Of a DNA stretch of 64,000 nt, positions 14,522-29,500 are shown piece after piece. The position numbers and the translations under genes are program-made. Source of the stretch: Chrysomallon squamiferum (lineage: Eukaryota > Animalia > Mollusca). The stretch is from contig CM022670.1 of assembly GCA_012295275.1 (NCBI GenBank), forward strand, positions 30,194,001 to 30,258,000, read 5' to 3'. The notes beneath the pieces are model-generated. The model searched no databases. It saw only the letters and a program-made list of their open reading frames with translations, and was not told where the DNA came from. Each line of letters opens with the position of its first letter. Position 1 is the stretch's first letter.

Positions 14522-17500
14522 ACCATACCATACACTATCATACCATTATCACTATCACTATAGCTGTTAAGGTATTATTATTTTATGTACTACTGACAAT
14601 TCTACATGTATTTATATATGTCTTTTAGTGTATGAAACAGTATGTTTGCACCAGACATGTTATTTACAAATCAATGTTTTATGGTGCAATAACCACTGTA
14701 TACAGATGTACATAGCTAAACCAAGACAAGAAAAAACACATCAAGAAGAAAAACTACTCAAGTGTAGCATTAGACAAAAGAGTAAAGCAGACAAAAAACA
14801 ACAAACTCAGATTGATTGGTACTGCTTATGATTCATTGCAATTGTATGTGTTGGTGTTTACACACACATACAAATGCAATGAATCACACATACACACACA
14901 CATATTGTAGCAGACCAGGTACAAATCAATTACAGCCATGCATTTATATATACATAAACATATACACACCCATACAATACGTTCCAAGCTATTATCTAAT
15001 TATTATGTTTGTGTTTACAAGCTTTTCTGTGTGTGGATGTGTATATGCATGCATTTGTGTTTGCACATATGCCCATCACTGCTTATCTATGCACATATAT
15101 TACTGAAACTTGAAATATTTCATAGAAAAAATCCACAAAAAAACCCACAAAAAACCCACACAATTACAGACGTTAAATAAATTGTTAAATATTCCCCATA
15201 TTTATTAAAGCCTTTATTTGACTACTTTCAAGATTTGGACATAAATCATAATGTCATACAAGGTTTAATTTCACCCATGTTGATATCAAGTTTGATGTCA
15301 CCCAGGTTAACAGTAAACTTTAATATTTCTTTAAGCACAGCACACACTATGTGCAGAAGCCATGTCATTTTTGAATACTGCTATTATGACAGATTAAACA
15401 AATTTTCATTTCAAGCCCTTGGCAAGATCGATATTAAAAGAAATAATACATAAATCATGTGTACATTAATTTTATAAACTGCCTTAGGTAATGTTAGTTA
15501 ATGAGGGGCTGGTTGATACTGGAGTTAGGTCATGATAACACAAGTAATATAATCAGAATTATATATTGTAATAATAAGTTATTTTGTAGAATAAACCTGG
15601 TTGTTACAGGAGTTACAAGTAATGGTAACAGATATAATACAGTTTGAAATGATATATAGTAATAACAAGTTATTTTCATCTTGAAAAACAGAACCAAGAA
15701 ATCATAACATTTTATTTATTTGTTTGTTGTTTGTTTATTTATGTTTATTAGTTTGTTTTATTTACATTTTATATTTTATTCCAACATAATATCTAACACC
15801 ACTGTATACACTGAAATGTATGAAATTAACTATTTGTGTATGTCACTATATGTCTATATCTGTGTGTGTGTGTATATATATATATATGCTTATTTAATTT
15901 TCCAAATATTTTCGTTATAAACATAAATAACACATTAAAATTTCATATCAACTATGTCATTATATTCTTATCAAATCATAAATAAAAGCTCAAATATGTT
16001 TCATAAAGACAGAGAGAAAGAGAAAGAAAGAGTAAGAAGGAGAAAAAAAATACAGAGAACGGGAGAGAAAATTTGTTTTCCATGAATAAAACAAAAAGAA
16101 ATTCACACCTGTACAATGATATATACAGCTAATGAGTCAGGGCATGCTGTAACAGTATATACAACTTTAGTTCTGTAACACAATGTCAAGTCTGTCTGTC
16201 TCTTATCTGTAACCAGATCCTTTCTAGACTTCTTTCATATTCCTTTTTACTAAACAGTTTTTATTTCACTTTTATTCTCTCTTCCAGACACATGTGTTTA
16301 TTACAAAACTATTGCTGTGACACACAGCAATGGATCAGGTGATGTGAACACTTTTTACAAACCTTTCAGGTCCACACATTTTGTTCATACACTCACTGTA
16401 ACACTGCATCTTTTTTCAATAGTAACAACACCACAGTTTTGCTGTTGCTTCTATATTCAACAACAGATATCATCTATCTGAGCAAATTTTAGGTAACCCA
16501 AAACACCCTCCACCCTAAAGAGATACATCAGCCTGTTATCATTGTTCATAAAACAGATAAATATTGTAAAATGCACTAGCTGGTATTTCAAAAATATAAC
16601 CTTTTAAAAACCAGTTTATATGTGTGTGTGTGTATATATTACCTTTTCCAACAAAGGATAGAGTCTATAATTGTGACCTGGATGTTATTTATGGTCCAAC
16701 GTCTGCATGAAATGCAACATGATTTGAACTTTGACTAATTGCTATTTATTTATGATCTGTGTGCAACTGGATTTGATAATTGACAAAATCAGGTAAGCAA
16801 ACTACTCTATTTATTTCTGATATGTTTTTAGTTAAAGTTATAAGATGATACAATACAATTTAGTATTTTTAGCTAATTTTTGGGTGACTGCTCTGGGCAG
16901 ATTTGCACATTAACATGTATCTCTATGAAATGAACATCATTTAAAAGTAGATTGTTAAGTGGTGGTGGTGTATCGCTTTTTCAAGATTAATTTTTTTAAT
17001 GTAATAAAATAAATAGCTAATTAATACAAAGTATGAAAGCTAAATGAAATAGGCAATTATATTTTTTTATATTTTTATTTCTATGCCAGCTAATGTTCGT
17101 TTCACGGACAATATGTTTGGCTCCTTTTTGTGGTCTTGCAACAAACGAAACAGTTTTCATTTCTGTATCAAATTTTACAGCGAGTTAAAATGTGTAAGTT
17201 GCACAATGTTTTGCAGGCTCTTTTTTAGCAACAGGTAAAGTCATGTTACTAGCGAAACGGTTGTAAAATAATGAAAAAAGTAAAAATTGTAATACCGGCA
17301 TATTTCGGCTGCCATTTTAGCATCAACTGAAATGAATGCCATCACCTAGTAATTTAACGGCCTACTCTTAATGTTTTTATTGTTAAAATTGATAAAATTA
17401 AGTAACAATGTAGGTTATTTCTGATGTATATATTTGATACTTTCAAGAAACCCCCAACAGTCTTGAAGTTGAATTAATTTGTTTGACAATGTTAGTTACA

Positions 17501-17779
17501 TAAGACTATCAAAGATTTACACAGCCTGTTTCTGACTTGCATGAGTGTAACTACACATTCATTTACAAATTGGTGCATTATAAACTGAGCCCAGTATTTA
17601 ACTAATTAGTAAGTTAATTAGTAAGATATTAAATGTACAATGTTAACTTTATGCAAGGAAACAATTCAAAACTTGCCCTATCCTATGTCTGAATAGAGAA
17701 TTTGAAAAAAAAAAATTGTTTCTGATAAATAGCTGAAATTTGTGTGTATGATCCAATTCAAGATATTCCAAAATATAAC

Positions 17780-17968
17780 AACTGATTGACCTCTTTTAAA
17801 GTTCTTCAGACTGACAGATATGAAGTCAAAGTTCAGTTTTTGAAGAAGAGGGGCAACTATTACAGCTTTCCTGAACTTGACGATGTGTCCTGGGTTTCAT
17901 TGAAAGACATTCAGGCACTGAAGCCACCAACAATCATGCCCGCAGACAATATTTTTTTATATGATTAA
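17780..17968 (+). pseudogene. Possible C-terminal relic of a DNA-transposon protein
   Basis: Peptide YEVKVQFLKKRGNYYSFPELDDVSWVSLKDIQALKPP resembles the V-x-FL...F-x-FP-x3-D-x-SWV-x3-DI motif recalled from invertebrate transposase C-termini. Surrounding 16960-18570 is richer in CpG than host DNA. No termini found. Confidence 0.4.
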
Positions 17969-18609
17969 TTAAAGAAGTGAAACTGAAATAAAACTGAAGA
18001 CTATTTCACATATTGTTGTTATATTTCTGGATAATATTGTTCATTTTTATGGATGATAACTTACGACATATTATACTGCTAAACTTTGTTATTTGAAAAG
18101 CATATTTCTAGTTTTTCTTTGCATCTCTTTCTGATTCAGAAACAAATACTGACATGGGGAAAAAAAGGGCATTTGTTAATATTGCTTTCTCAAAAAAAAG
18201 TTGAACTCTGCATATGTCGTAAGTTACAGTGTCCACAACTTTATTGCCATACTACAACATACTACGTCATCATATTTGAATTTGTTTTTAATCTCTCAAT
18301 TACACTGAAATGAGATATCACAACACACCAATTACATCAATATACATCTCATTAAAATGATGTGTAACTTACATCACCAACAGTATTTGCTGATTTCACA
18401 CCCTCACTACAGTCAAGTGAACAAGAAAATGAAAACTTTTGCTTCAGTATTAATTGAAAGCAAGATTTATCTAATATGTCAACTAGTTTTTTAATCATTT
18501 TAAGCACTTTTTTATTTTTAATGACTTTGTCCTTATTTTTTGGCTCAGTATTGTGCCATTCCAATATATATATAAAGAAAAAATAATAATCTAGTAGTCT
18601 TCTTGATCA

Positions 18610-19388
18610 AAATGGTACCTTGAGTTAAGAGTGCTCCAACTTATGGGTTTTTCAAGTTACATGTAGCCGCCTGGTCAATTTTTTACTTTGAGTTGCAAGC
18701 CAAAATCCAAGTTATGAGCGATCTTCAGATACACCACCTCATGTTGGCACAATGAACAACATAACATCCACCCAGCATCATGTGTCTCACGCATTTGCTG
18801 ATGTGTTTACCTCGCTGTGAAAGCATCTCTGTTGTGTTGTGCTCACGTTTTGTGCAGTTGATTGCCACATATCCATGGATTCTAAGAAAGTGAGTGCAAA
18901 GGACAGCGCTGAGAAGAATGGATGATATCCATTGAATTACAGCTTGATTTCATAGAAAAACATGAGTGAGGTGTGCCATTAGTCAACATGGCTAGGCAGT
19001 ATGAGTAAAGTCCTTTTACAATATGTACAATACTGAAGCAGAAGGAGTTGATAAAGGATATAACTCCAGCCAAAGGCATTATAATAATTTCTAAGCTGCA
19101 GACCTCTGTCTATGAAAAGATGGAGAAACCCTATGCTGTACACCTTACAAAACCAATTTATTTCTTTACATTCTCTTTTATTTTTTTTTTATAAAATATT
19201 TGTCATTTACACATACATTTTTCTTATTTAAAAACACATTACAAAAAGTAGGAATGGTTTTTGGGGGTTGGAACAGATTAATGGTATTTCAATTAATTTC
19301 AGTTGGGAAAATTAATTTGATATACGAGCAATTTGAGTTATGAACTTGGTCACGGAACGAATTAAACTCGTAAGTCAAGGTACCACTG
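18610..19388 (+). mobile_element. Tigger/pogo non-autonomous derivative, copy A
   Basis: Right end CTCGTAAGTCAAGGTACCACTG|TA; degraded left end TGGTACCTTGAGTTAAGAG. Carries a disrupted CENP-B/psq-type HTH N-terminus MDSKKVSAKDSAEK..MISIELQLDFIEKHE*GV..ICTILKQKELIKDITPAKG. Confidence 0.88.
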
Positions 19389-22300
19389 TAATAATTATTG
19401 TATTATTCAAAATTAATGTATATTCAAAATCACAAATCCAAAAACTGCCAAATAACAAAACATCAATGACTTCAAAAACAAATTTAATGAAAGTTTTTCA
19501 GATAACTTTAGAAATGTCTATAATTATTGTATTTTTTATAATTAATATAAAATAAAAATTGAAAATCATTAAACTGCTAATGATGAAACAAAAATAACTT
19601 CAAAAATGTCTCATAATACTGTTTTTTGCTTTTTTCAATTAATATATGATCAAAATGTTTATATATTTTAGCATACATGTTTGAGATATTATTATTATTA
19701 TTATTATTATAAAAACAAAATTCTGAGTAATTTAAACTGCTAACAGAGAAAAATAAACAAGTTGAAAACACTTTGATGAAGGTTTTGAATCAGTTTAAGT
19801 AATTTTTTCTTTCTCTTCATATAACTGTTTACAAATGTGACAGAGATTCAATAAATAAATTTAAAAAAAATCAACTTCCTGAGCTGTTCCCAAAACAAAA
19901 AGTACAAAACAAAAACTGTATTAAAATCTTGAATTTTTAGTTATGTACTACAATGAAGTATAATCAATAACTTGAAGAATTTAAAATGAATGGATTTAAC
20001 AGATCCAGGTAAACAACATTCTGAAAGTATGATTATGCATATAATGAAAATTCAGTAGCTTTAAAATATGAGGACACATTACGATAAAAGAATGCACACT
20101 ATTTATGTCAGGCATATTGAATTATAATATAAATATTTTTTCAATGATTAATAATCAGCATTCAAACTGTGAAACAGATATCATAATTTGAATTATTAAA
20201 AATTTTATTTTATTTTTAATATTTATCATAAGACTATGATGTTGAATACTAGGCCTAAAAAAAAAAAAAAAAAAAAAAAAGATATCTGTAAAAGTATGTA
20301 AATTAAGTCAGTAACATGTTTGTCACTGTGTTGTTATGATACAAAATTTACTCATATCCAAAGAATGCATAAATCAATTAATGGAGCACAAATACTGCAA
20401 TACAAACTTTTATAGTGCCTCAATTGATTTCTTGTTCTCAGTCATCATAATGAGAAAAATTTGTTATTCGTTTAATATGCATGTCCAAAAGTTGAAATTA
20501 ATAATAATAATATTATTATTGGACTTGTTGTTTTTGTCATTACAGTTATTATTATTGTTGTTATTATAATTATTAAATATTATTACCATTATTGTCATTT
20601 TTATATTATTATTATAACCAAATCAATATTTTATTATCATATATAGACAGATAGACATATTTATGTAAAAAAGAAATAACTTTATTTCTGTATTTATTAT
20701 TTTAATCCAGATTTGTCATCACATGAAATGCTTGTCTGATAATAATTCCACATTATTTAAAGAACAGCTCCTATTGATGTCAAGAATGAGTAAAGCATTC
20801 ACAGCAGCCTTACCATAGCAGTAAGTATCTTTTACACAAACTGTTGGCTATTGAATTTTTAATGACTGTGTCAAAAATCATTAACGATACATTATTTAAA
20901 ACACTGATAGATAAAACATGTTTCAAAAATAATTATATGATGATGATAATTATCATTATTATTACCATCAGTCTGTGGCTCAGAATTACCATTCCTGAAA
21001 TAATTAGTTATAAAAATATAAAACAGGAAAAATATTTATCACATTTATGTTAATAAAAAAATATATATATAAAAAAGATATGAAGAACTGAAAAACAAGA
21101 TAATCATTCATATCTAATAAAATGTTTTTATAGTGATGTTAAAAAATTAAGTTAAAATTAAATTTAATTTAAGGCTCATATCATTAGAAAAAAGTCCATT
21201 AGTGTTTCCTAAATTGGGAAGAATGATGTAAGCAAGTTTATTTTTACAAACCTTGTTAAGTTAATATATATTTCTCACGAGAATATAATTGATTACAATT
21301 TGTAAGGTTTTCATTGGCAATATTTTAAGATATCATAGCTGAAAATGATTTGCTAGAAGGAGTTGTGGTCCATTAATACAGGAGTATTCTTAGCTTCCAA
21401 GAAAATAATAATAATAATAATAATAAACAGTTTAAAAATACAAACTCTGAGAAAAAACCGTTACAGGGTTTACTGGATATAATGATACAACAAACCTTGA
21501 AAATAAAAGTTACAAACGAGATGAATATGCCATAGATTATCAAAATTACCACCTGTTCCACAGATGATTGTGTTTTCCTGTTATAGGAACAAGCATGATA
21601 TAAAATCTTTTATTGTAATAATAAAACATTATATATTTCAATGACATCAATAACACAAATTCACTTTGCCCAAACAATGTCATTAAGTTAAACATTAATT
21701 TCAGTTTTAATCAAAAATATCTACTTTTGAAAACTCATTTTACAGTTTGTAAAATAAAGTTTAGTAATTATTACCATAAAACCTAAAAGCACCCACGCAC
21801 AAAAATGTGCCTGTTCTCTCTATATTTACTGTGTCCAAGAAGACCTTATCCTAATACCATGAGTTCCCTGGTGCATTCTAAACATGTTCAAATTATGACT
21901 GTCCCTTGATGCTTCATTGTTTTGATAGCTGGCCAGATGATACCAGGAAGTGCAGAACTAGCTGTTGAAAACAGCAAAAGCTTTCAGCAGTGGGAAAATT
22001 TCACAAACAAACAAGTGACAGACAGCTCATAAAATGACAAATGAAGCACAATGCAGCCAGGATGATGCCCTGCCTCAAACTGTTTGAACTTGGGGCTGTC
22101 AAGACATCACCAGTGTTACCCAAAACTGTCAATAATCACCAGATTGTGGCATCAGTCTGTCCATGCTGTTAGACATTTATTGAAATAGTACACTGTTTCA
22201 ACAGAAAGTAGAATTTAAGCCCACACTACTAAGTTTTCTGGAGAATGTATTAAATTCATATTATTAAAACTTTATGAAAATGGTATGTTTTTTTAGAATG

Positions 22301-24301
22301 CTTACAACTGCCTTCATATTATCAGACCATTATCAAAATTATAAACACAGGTCTTCTCTAGATTCATTAATAATAATTTTATTAGGCACTTACCAATTTT
22401 TATGTAGGTTAAAATGCACTACAAAATATATTTCAGGAAGAAAAAATCAAAAAAATCAAAAAAATCAACAACTAGTTAAAAATCCATATGAACTGTTTTC
22501 TGAAAGAAAAATACCAAAGGTATATAATCTTTACACTTATAAAATGAGATTATCACTTAAAAATGTGTTGTTCACATTTCACACTACTACTTTTTAATTA
22601 GTATTATTAAGAATTTTAATTAGTCAAATTCTTTCTCATATGATTGTTACATAGATATATCAGAGAGCATTCCAATAACCAGACTAGTCTTGGAATGTAA
22701 TCTATAGATTTGACCCACTCCAGACAACAAACACCACTATTACTTATCAATAAATAACCCATACACTTAGTATCACTCCGAAAGAGATAAAGTATTGCTT
22801 CACAGTGATGGCTATGAATAGTACATGTTATTTCACCACAAAGTAGATAAAAACCTAGACACAAACTATAAACAGACAAATATTAATAGAGTTTAAAATC
22901 AATTACAAGAAAGTCACATATCTGACCTGTGTTCTGCTGGGAAACAAAAAGCCAATAAGCAACCTTATGCAACACTGAAAATTATATATTCCTGCATTCT
23001 GTAAATGACTGCTAACTAATCCTGTAGACAAATAAAACAAGTGTATAAAGAAAGAAGTAAAATTTCCCCACAGTCAAGAGTTGGAGAAAGAATTAAGCAG
23101 AACACATAGTGATTGACATATGTTATAGGACAGTTAATTCACAACTCATTATATGGCTGTCAAAATGGGAGGTATTTAGTATACCTGAAATTGTAAAGGT
23201 GAAAAGCTGAACATTTTTTTAAATGCCTTTTAGAGATTTATTGATATACTTAACATTGTGTAACTGAACCATGATCCTGCAGTTAAAACAAGAAAATAAA
23301 CTTAGAAATATACAGGTAAAATAAACAATATTCCACAACGAAAAGACAAAGGAAGTATAAATGTTCCAGCATTTAAAAAAGTTCTTTCTCTAATGAGAAT
23401 ATAAAATTTCCATTTAAAATTTGTTGTTGACATGTCAGATTACATTTAATAATGATAATTAATAAACAGAGAAAAAGTTTTTTTTTGGTTTCTGTTTTTT
23501 TTCTGAAAATAACTGAAAGATTACTACCTGATAATATTTTAGTATATTTCAAGTTAAATTTCTGTTAGATATGTTTATTTCTTTCTTTCATCCCTCTCTC
23601 GTTCTCTCTCTTTTTTTTCTTCTTTTTTTTTTAACAATAATGCAAGAGTTAAATTCATTTTTACCATTACATAAAATACTTGTATTAATTAGCAGTAAAA
23701 AATCTTTTCTAGACATCTTCCCACAGATAATACAAAATCATATCATGGTTTTTGATAAACTAATTATAGGACATCAGATTATGCAGTAAATAATCTAAGG
23801 TGGAACAATGATTCCATCATATGTAGTCTGCTTTAAATCAGTGCTTAACTATTAAACTATAGTGTGAACTGATAATTTCTTGGAGCTAATGTTTGTTTAA
23901 TAATTTTAAACTGGAATGAATTAAGCAATTTTATTTTAAACTGGATTAACTGTAGCATAACTGTTTATTTTGTAATGACTTTATTTACCTTCTTCTTATC
24001 AACATCATCATTATTCATTTATATTTGTTAAAAGAAAAAAAAAACCTTTTATTTGATTAGATTAAAATCTTTTTTCTTCTGTTTTTCAATCAAATCTGTG
24101 TCAAGATGCCAACCCTATTTTTTCTCTGGCACAAAATTATGCAGTATTTATATTATTTCATAAATCATTCTTACTAAAACATGACAAGAGATGTGTTTCC
24201 TGTTGAAATAACTTCTTATCTAGGATTAAAACTGTCAAGTATATTACTAGATCATGTTAAGTGGGGTATCTGAATCAATGACAATAATGATTACCAGAAA
24301 G

Positions 24302-24545
24302 TGGATTAGTGGCATCACTTTTGCTTGAAAATGGTCTAGAGCAGGCATGGGCAACCTTTTTCGAGAAGCAGGCCACATGACTAATTTGCAGTGTAAATGG
24401 AACAATTAGGTGGGCCATTCAGAAAGCCGCACAGGCCCCAGTTTGCCCATGACTGGTCTAGTGGTATCTTTTTTATTGGAACATGGACCAATGGGATCAC
24501 TTTTACTAGAAGATGGACCAGTGGAATAATTTTTATTGGAATGTG
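24302..24545. repeat. Degenerate ~30-bp tandem array (about 4 units) interrupted by a hAT MITE
   Basis: Units TGGATTAGTGGCATCACTTTTGCTTGAAAA / TGGTCTAGTGGTATCTTTTTTATTGGAACA / TGGACCAATGGGATCACTTTTACTAGAAGA / TGGACCAGTGGAATAATTTTTATTGGAATG. Confidence 0.7.
24342..24455. mobile_element. 114-bp hAT (Charlie/Buster-like) MITE
   Basis: TIRs CAGGCATGGGCAA / TTGCCCATGACTG. 8-bp TSD GTCTAGAG / GTCTAGTG, matching the nTCTAGAn preference of Charlie-type elements. Confidence 0.88.
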
Positions 24546-25468
24546 AACTAGAAAGATTTTTTATTTTTATTTTTTTTTTTTTTAATGTTTTTGTGGAACA
24601 TGAACCAGAATTGAAAACTCTTGATCCTGTTGCTACTGATCAACATGAAAATGAAAACAAACAATAATTCAATGTGCTTTGCCCAGTGTAACCTTGAACA
24701 TGTTGACCATTAAAACTGGCATCATATTATGTTGTCAAAAAGGAGATTATAGACACCAAGCTGATATGGATTTGGTGTCTATTGGCAAGCACATGCTGAG
24801 TCTTAAGAGAAATAACCATGAAAGGAATAAAGTTTAATTTGGTTTTCTTTTTTCTCAGTGCAAAATGACATTAGTGAAAGCTGTAACTGCTTATTTAGTA
24901 CAAACTGGGTGATCTGGTTGATATCTAAAAAATAAATAAACAACTTGAATTTAGATAGCTGTCTAAGTAAAGAATGAATGTTTTTATGGATGGACGATAG
25001 ATATAAGAAAATAGTTTGATGGATAGATAGATGGATACAGATGAATAGATGATGGGTAGAAGAATGGACAGATAGGTAAACAGTCAGAGAGCTATCTAAG
25101 TGGATGGATGACATGAAATGCACATTTTAATCTGAATTTATGATATATGAGGATTAAAAATATATAGTCGACAGCTGGAGCAATGCATGAAGAAATTAAA
25201 AATTAATAAATAGATTTTTCTAATAATAAAGAATTCAAAGTTATGATTCAACATACTTATTTCACAAAAGGCCATGAAGTGTCACATCTTGGAAGTGTGA
25301 AAATAATGCATTAAAAAATAATCCTTTCTGTTTATTTTTCATCTTCCCTGGGACATTTCATCAAAGTCTAATATCTTTCTACATACAAATATATTTCAAT
25401 GGATTAATACATTACAACAAAATAAAAGTAAAATATAACTGTTACTTACCAAGGTGTAGTCAAAAATA

Positions 25469-26592
25469 TACTCTAACAAAAAAGAAACGCAAAAGTAGAT
25501 TTTATTAAAATTGGAAATATCTATCTAATGGATCAACAGAAAGCAGCAGAATGTTCACATTTTACATACACTTTCACAATTCATTAATATTAATGGTATT
25601 ACATTGAAAAGGTTAAAATTCAAGGTTATAACATTATAATATCAATACCTTGTGTGCCCACCATGGGAGTCCTGAACTGCCTGACATCTCCTTCCCATGG
25701 CAGTAACGACATTACAAATTACACCTTGTGGAATAGTGGCCCACTCTGTCTGAAGGAATAATGCCAACTGAGCACGATTCTGTGGCTGTAATTGATGCTG
25801 CCTCAGTCATCCATCCAACTCATCCCATAAATACTCTATAGGGTTCAAATCTGGAGATTTAGAGGGCCAGGGCAGGACCTGAATGTTATTGTTGTGTAGG
25901 TACGTTGTTGTGAGTCTGGCTGTATGTGGTCTTGCATTGTCATGCTGGAATACAGTGTTACCATAATTCATAATTGGAGTGACATGTGGCTGCAAAATTT
26001 CATCTCTGTATTTCTGTGCCATTACATTGCCTTGGATGTGAACCAGGTTGGTATTGCTAAAGCAATAGAGGTTGCCATGGTGGTTCTAACCCGTAGATGA
26101 AGTACCCATATGTAGCGGTCAAGGGCCTTGGTGGTTACACGTGGTCTGGGACGGTCACCTGTTGTTTGGTGTTGCTGGAACCAATACCACAATCTCAAGA
26201 TGGTGCTTGGGGATACATGGAACACCTGGGCTACGGCCAAGAAGGATTCGCCAGATTGTAAACGGCCAATGGCGTTGTTTCATTGCAGTTCACTCAGTTG
26301 TCGCATTTGCTTGATGTTGGGTCAGAACAAAAATAACAAACAGAAGCATTTTTATAACCCTTGTATTCAAGTTTCATGTGCCATGCGTGCACATGCACTG
26401 GTTTGCATGAGAGGACATTTAAACACGATCGTAGCCTTTATTTTGTGTTACCTGTTTTTTGGCGCCTGTAACAAAAGCTATACATTTGAATCACCAAATG
26501 TCATTATATTAATAGTTTGTACATCGATATGTGTCAGTTTACAATAGTTATCTAAGAAAGCAACCATTTTGCATTTCTTTTATGGTAGAGTA
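25469..26592 (-). mobile_element. Tc1-like DNA transposon, internally deleted (1124 bp)
   Basis: TIRs TACTCTAACAAAAAAGAAACGCAAAA and reverse complement TACTCTACCATAAAAGAAATGCAAAA, both flanked by TA. Confidence 0.92.
25642..26306 (-). pseudogene. Tc1 DD34E transposase pseudogene
   Basis: Paired-like HTH (VAQVFHVSPSTILRL..TGDRPRPRVTT) fused by deletion to FQHDNARPH...WPSKSPDLNPIE (34 residues between D and E), ending GGHTRY*. In-frame stops; first catalytic D region deleted. Confidence 0.93.
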
Positions 26593-29500
26593 TAATTTTC
26601 AATTCTTGATCTTTGAGGTCAAGTTTAAATCTTTTTATAGATAAAGGTTGAGAAGGCTTTACCAAAACACAAAGACAATAATTAAAAAAAAAAAAATCCT
26701 GTAAGGTGTATTTTACAAAAATTCATGGATTTTTTTATATTTTTTTTGCCCATGCTTTTTGTGTATTATCCATGTATAATTATTATGCATAGATGACCAC
26801 TTTGAAATACTAGTTATGATGATATGGGTGTGGAATATCTCTGTCAGATCATCATCAGAAAACTGTTGGTGCATGCTAGATATGAGCATAATCTGTGAAA
26901 TTTCCTGTGTTCTGCCCAAGACAGGAATGCTAGATAATCAGAAGAAGATTAGATAATCCATATCAGGATCACATAATTATTTATTAAAATTCCCAACTGT
27001 CTTTTGTTGCTGAATAATGGTTGTAAAAGATTTCGTCGTTCATATCATCATAATGCAGAAACTTAACACTTGACATGAAATAATTTTAATTATAAAACAT
27101 TATAAGATGTCATGAAATAAATACACATTTATTGTAACAGTGAAGTAACAGTAAATACAGCAACAAACAGAATGTAGAGCTTAATATTATTAAGCATTTA
27201 ACACTAGAAAGAAGCATTAAAATATCCATGTATTAGATATTCACATAGTTAAGGAATTTACTACACTGTGGTTAAATGACATAAAAATTTATAAACTATT
27301 TTATCAAATGTATTAAAATGTAACAGTTAAAAGATATTTACAAACTAAGGTGTTATTTTCTTTGACTTTTGTATGCAATATGATAATCATGGCTTCTACA
27401 TCATTTTTGAAATTTATAGCAGAAATCCCTTGCTTTCCAGCCAATAAATAAAAAATAAATAATGATAATAAAAATGCACAAAAATTTGTTTTTCAAACTA
27501 CTGGCCTCAAAGTAATTGGGCTGAAATTGAAAAGAACTAATTATGTATGTAAATTAATAATTTATACACAAAGAACTCAATGTTTTGTCATGAGTGACAA
27601 ATGAAAAAAAAAAAAATTGGAAACAAGATAGATTTTTATACTGAATTGTCTTGAAAACTGATACTGAAAAAACATTAAACCAATCCTTATTTTGCAATCA
27701 TATGATATTAAATAACATCTGGTTATATAACTGAACAACACTTTTTCAAAAATTGAACTTTAAAATCCATTAATTAGAATACCCAAAAGTAAAATTATAC
27801 TCAACAATACAACTATATAAATGACTTTGAAAACTTTGGTGTTCAAGGAAAGACTATTGATACTATTCATAAATGAGGAATTAATTAATCTTCATCACAA
27901 CTGGATAATTGATCTCATTGTAGAGGTGGTCATTAAATAATGGCTGCTGTTTAAGCAGGCTTGACTGTATTTAAGTTGTTTCTGATTAGATGACCCGATT
28001 AATCAATACGAAAGAGGGCACAGCTTTAGTTCTTACAGTAATCTTTGATTATAAATGTGAAGAGAGCATGATGAAATAGTAAGAACCAGTGATATCAGAA
28101 ATATAAATCTGATATTCCACAATCTTTATGACACACCCCAAACAATTATAACCTTGATAAAGCATGAAAGCAATGATCCAAAACACACACACATACACAC
28201 ATTATATTTTTATATATAGACACACATGCCATGCATATTTATATATATATAAAACTATATTTTCTGTTATTTCACTTGCCACTTCTAACACATGCAATAT
28301 TTTTTGTTTGTTTTTATTCTGTTAATCATACTCACATTATTTTTTTTAGTTATCTTTCTTTTACAGAAATGACAATGTTGTTTTAACAAAAGTAGTCAGT
28401 GAAAAAAAAAAAAGTACTGCTGCTTAAATCTACCTTTGGTTTATTCTTTCAGAGCCATACAGTCACTGCATTGTCAGGTAAATGATTTCTATCTGTTGCC
28501 TAGCAACACTAACTAACAAATTAGGTGTTCTTGTGACTAGCAAAGTGCATTCAAAAGTCAGTTGTACAGTGGTTGTGATATATTACAGTTTAATTAATAC
28601 CATGTAATTTATTCTGCCTTAGTTAATCAGCTGATTCATAATAACATTGCTCTGTTACCTGAAATCTGCTAATGTGCAGAAAACAAAAATTACCACCTTC
28701 ATTATGAGGTTGTTTATTAGAGGAAGGAAGAGAAAATTATATTTATTTGTTCAGTAAAAATTCAGTGTGTAATTCCTCATCTTATTAAGAAAACAGGGAA
28801 ACTGAAGTGTTCTTTTATTAGCAGTCAAATATACAATTTGTCATTTTGTTAAGGAAATGCTGCATTTCAAAATGTGATAATGTTCTCAAAACTAATTTTG
28901 TTTTATCACATTCTTTAGTGTCGCTGCTGTGATGTTTTTTCTTAGGAGTTATTAAAGATAAGTCATAGAATATTTTCTTCATCTGGCTAATAGTGTAACA
29001 GATATTAACAAAATTAGGATCTTAAGGGCTGGTGACTTTTTTATTAATTTACAAATAATTTGACTGAAGAAATAATTATAGTACATGCTACATACCTTCA
29101 AGTTATGTTTTGTTTTCTACTGTCCAATCTTGGTTAATAACAAAATATAACAGTGTTACATACATTGTTGACTGATTTACTCTAAAGCTTCTTTTTCTAG
29201 AACAGGAAAAAATAAAGCTACAAGATGATGCCACAGATCATATTTTATATTTTACAACAATATTATTTTTGTTTTTGTACTTTGTTATGTGATCCAAAAC
29301 TATAAAGTAAAATCTTGAAAGCATAAATTTCTTTTGGACAGTTCATTCTTACTGCTACAGTCACATGTTATAGTATGATGTGGCAATGTATGTTCAGATT
29401 ATATAACCTCTGTCAGTCTGTATGATGAATTGCATGTAATACAGGTAGGCTACAATGTCTAGACAGTCACTGAAAGATGATGAAGCACATTCTATAAACT

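Noticed and set aside
27900-27969. MITE-like end (GAGGTGGTC..AGGCTTGACTG|TA); similar lone ends near 59852 and 63128
   Set aside because: Only one terminus is visible, so no element can be delimited.
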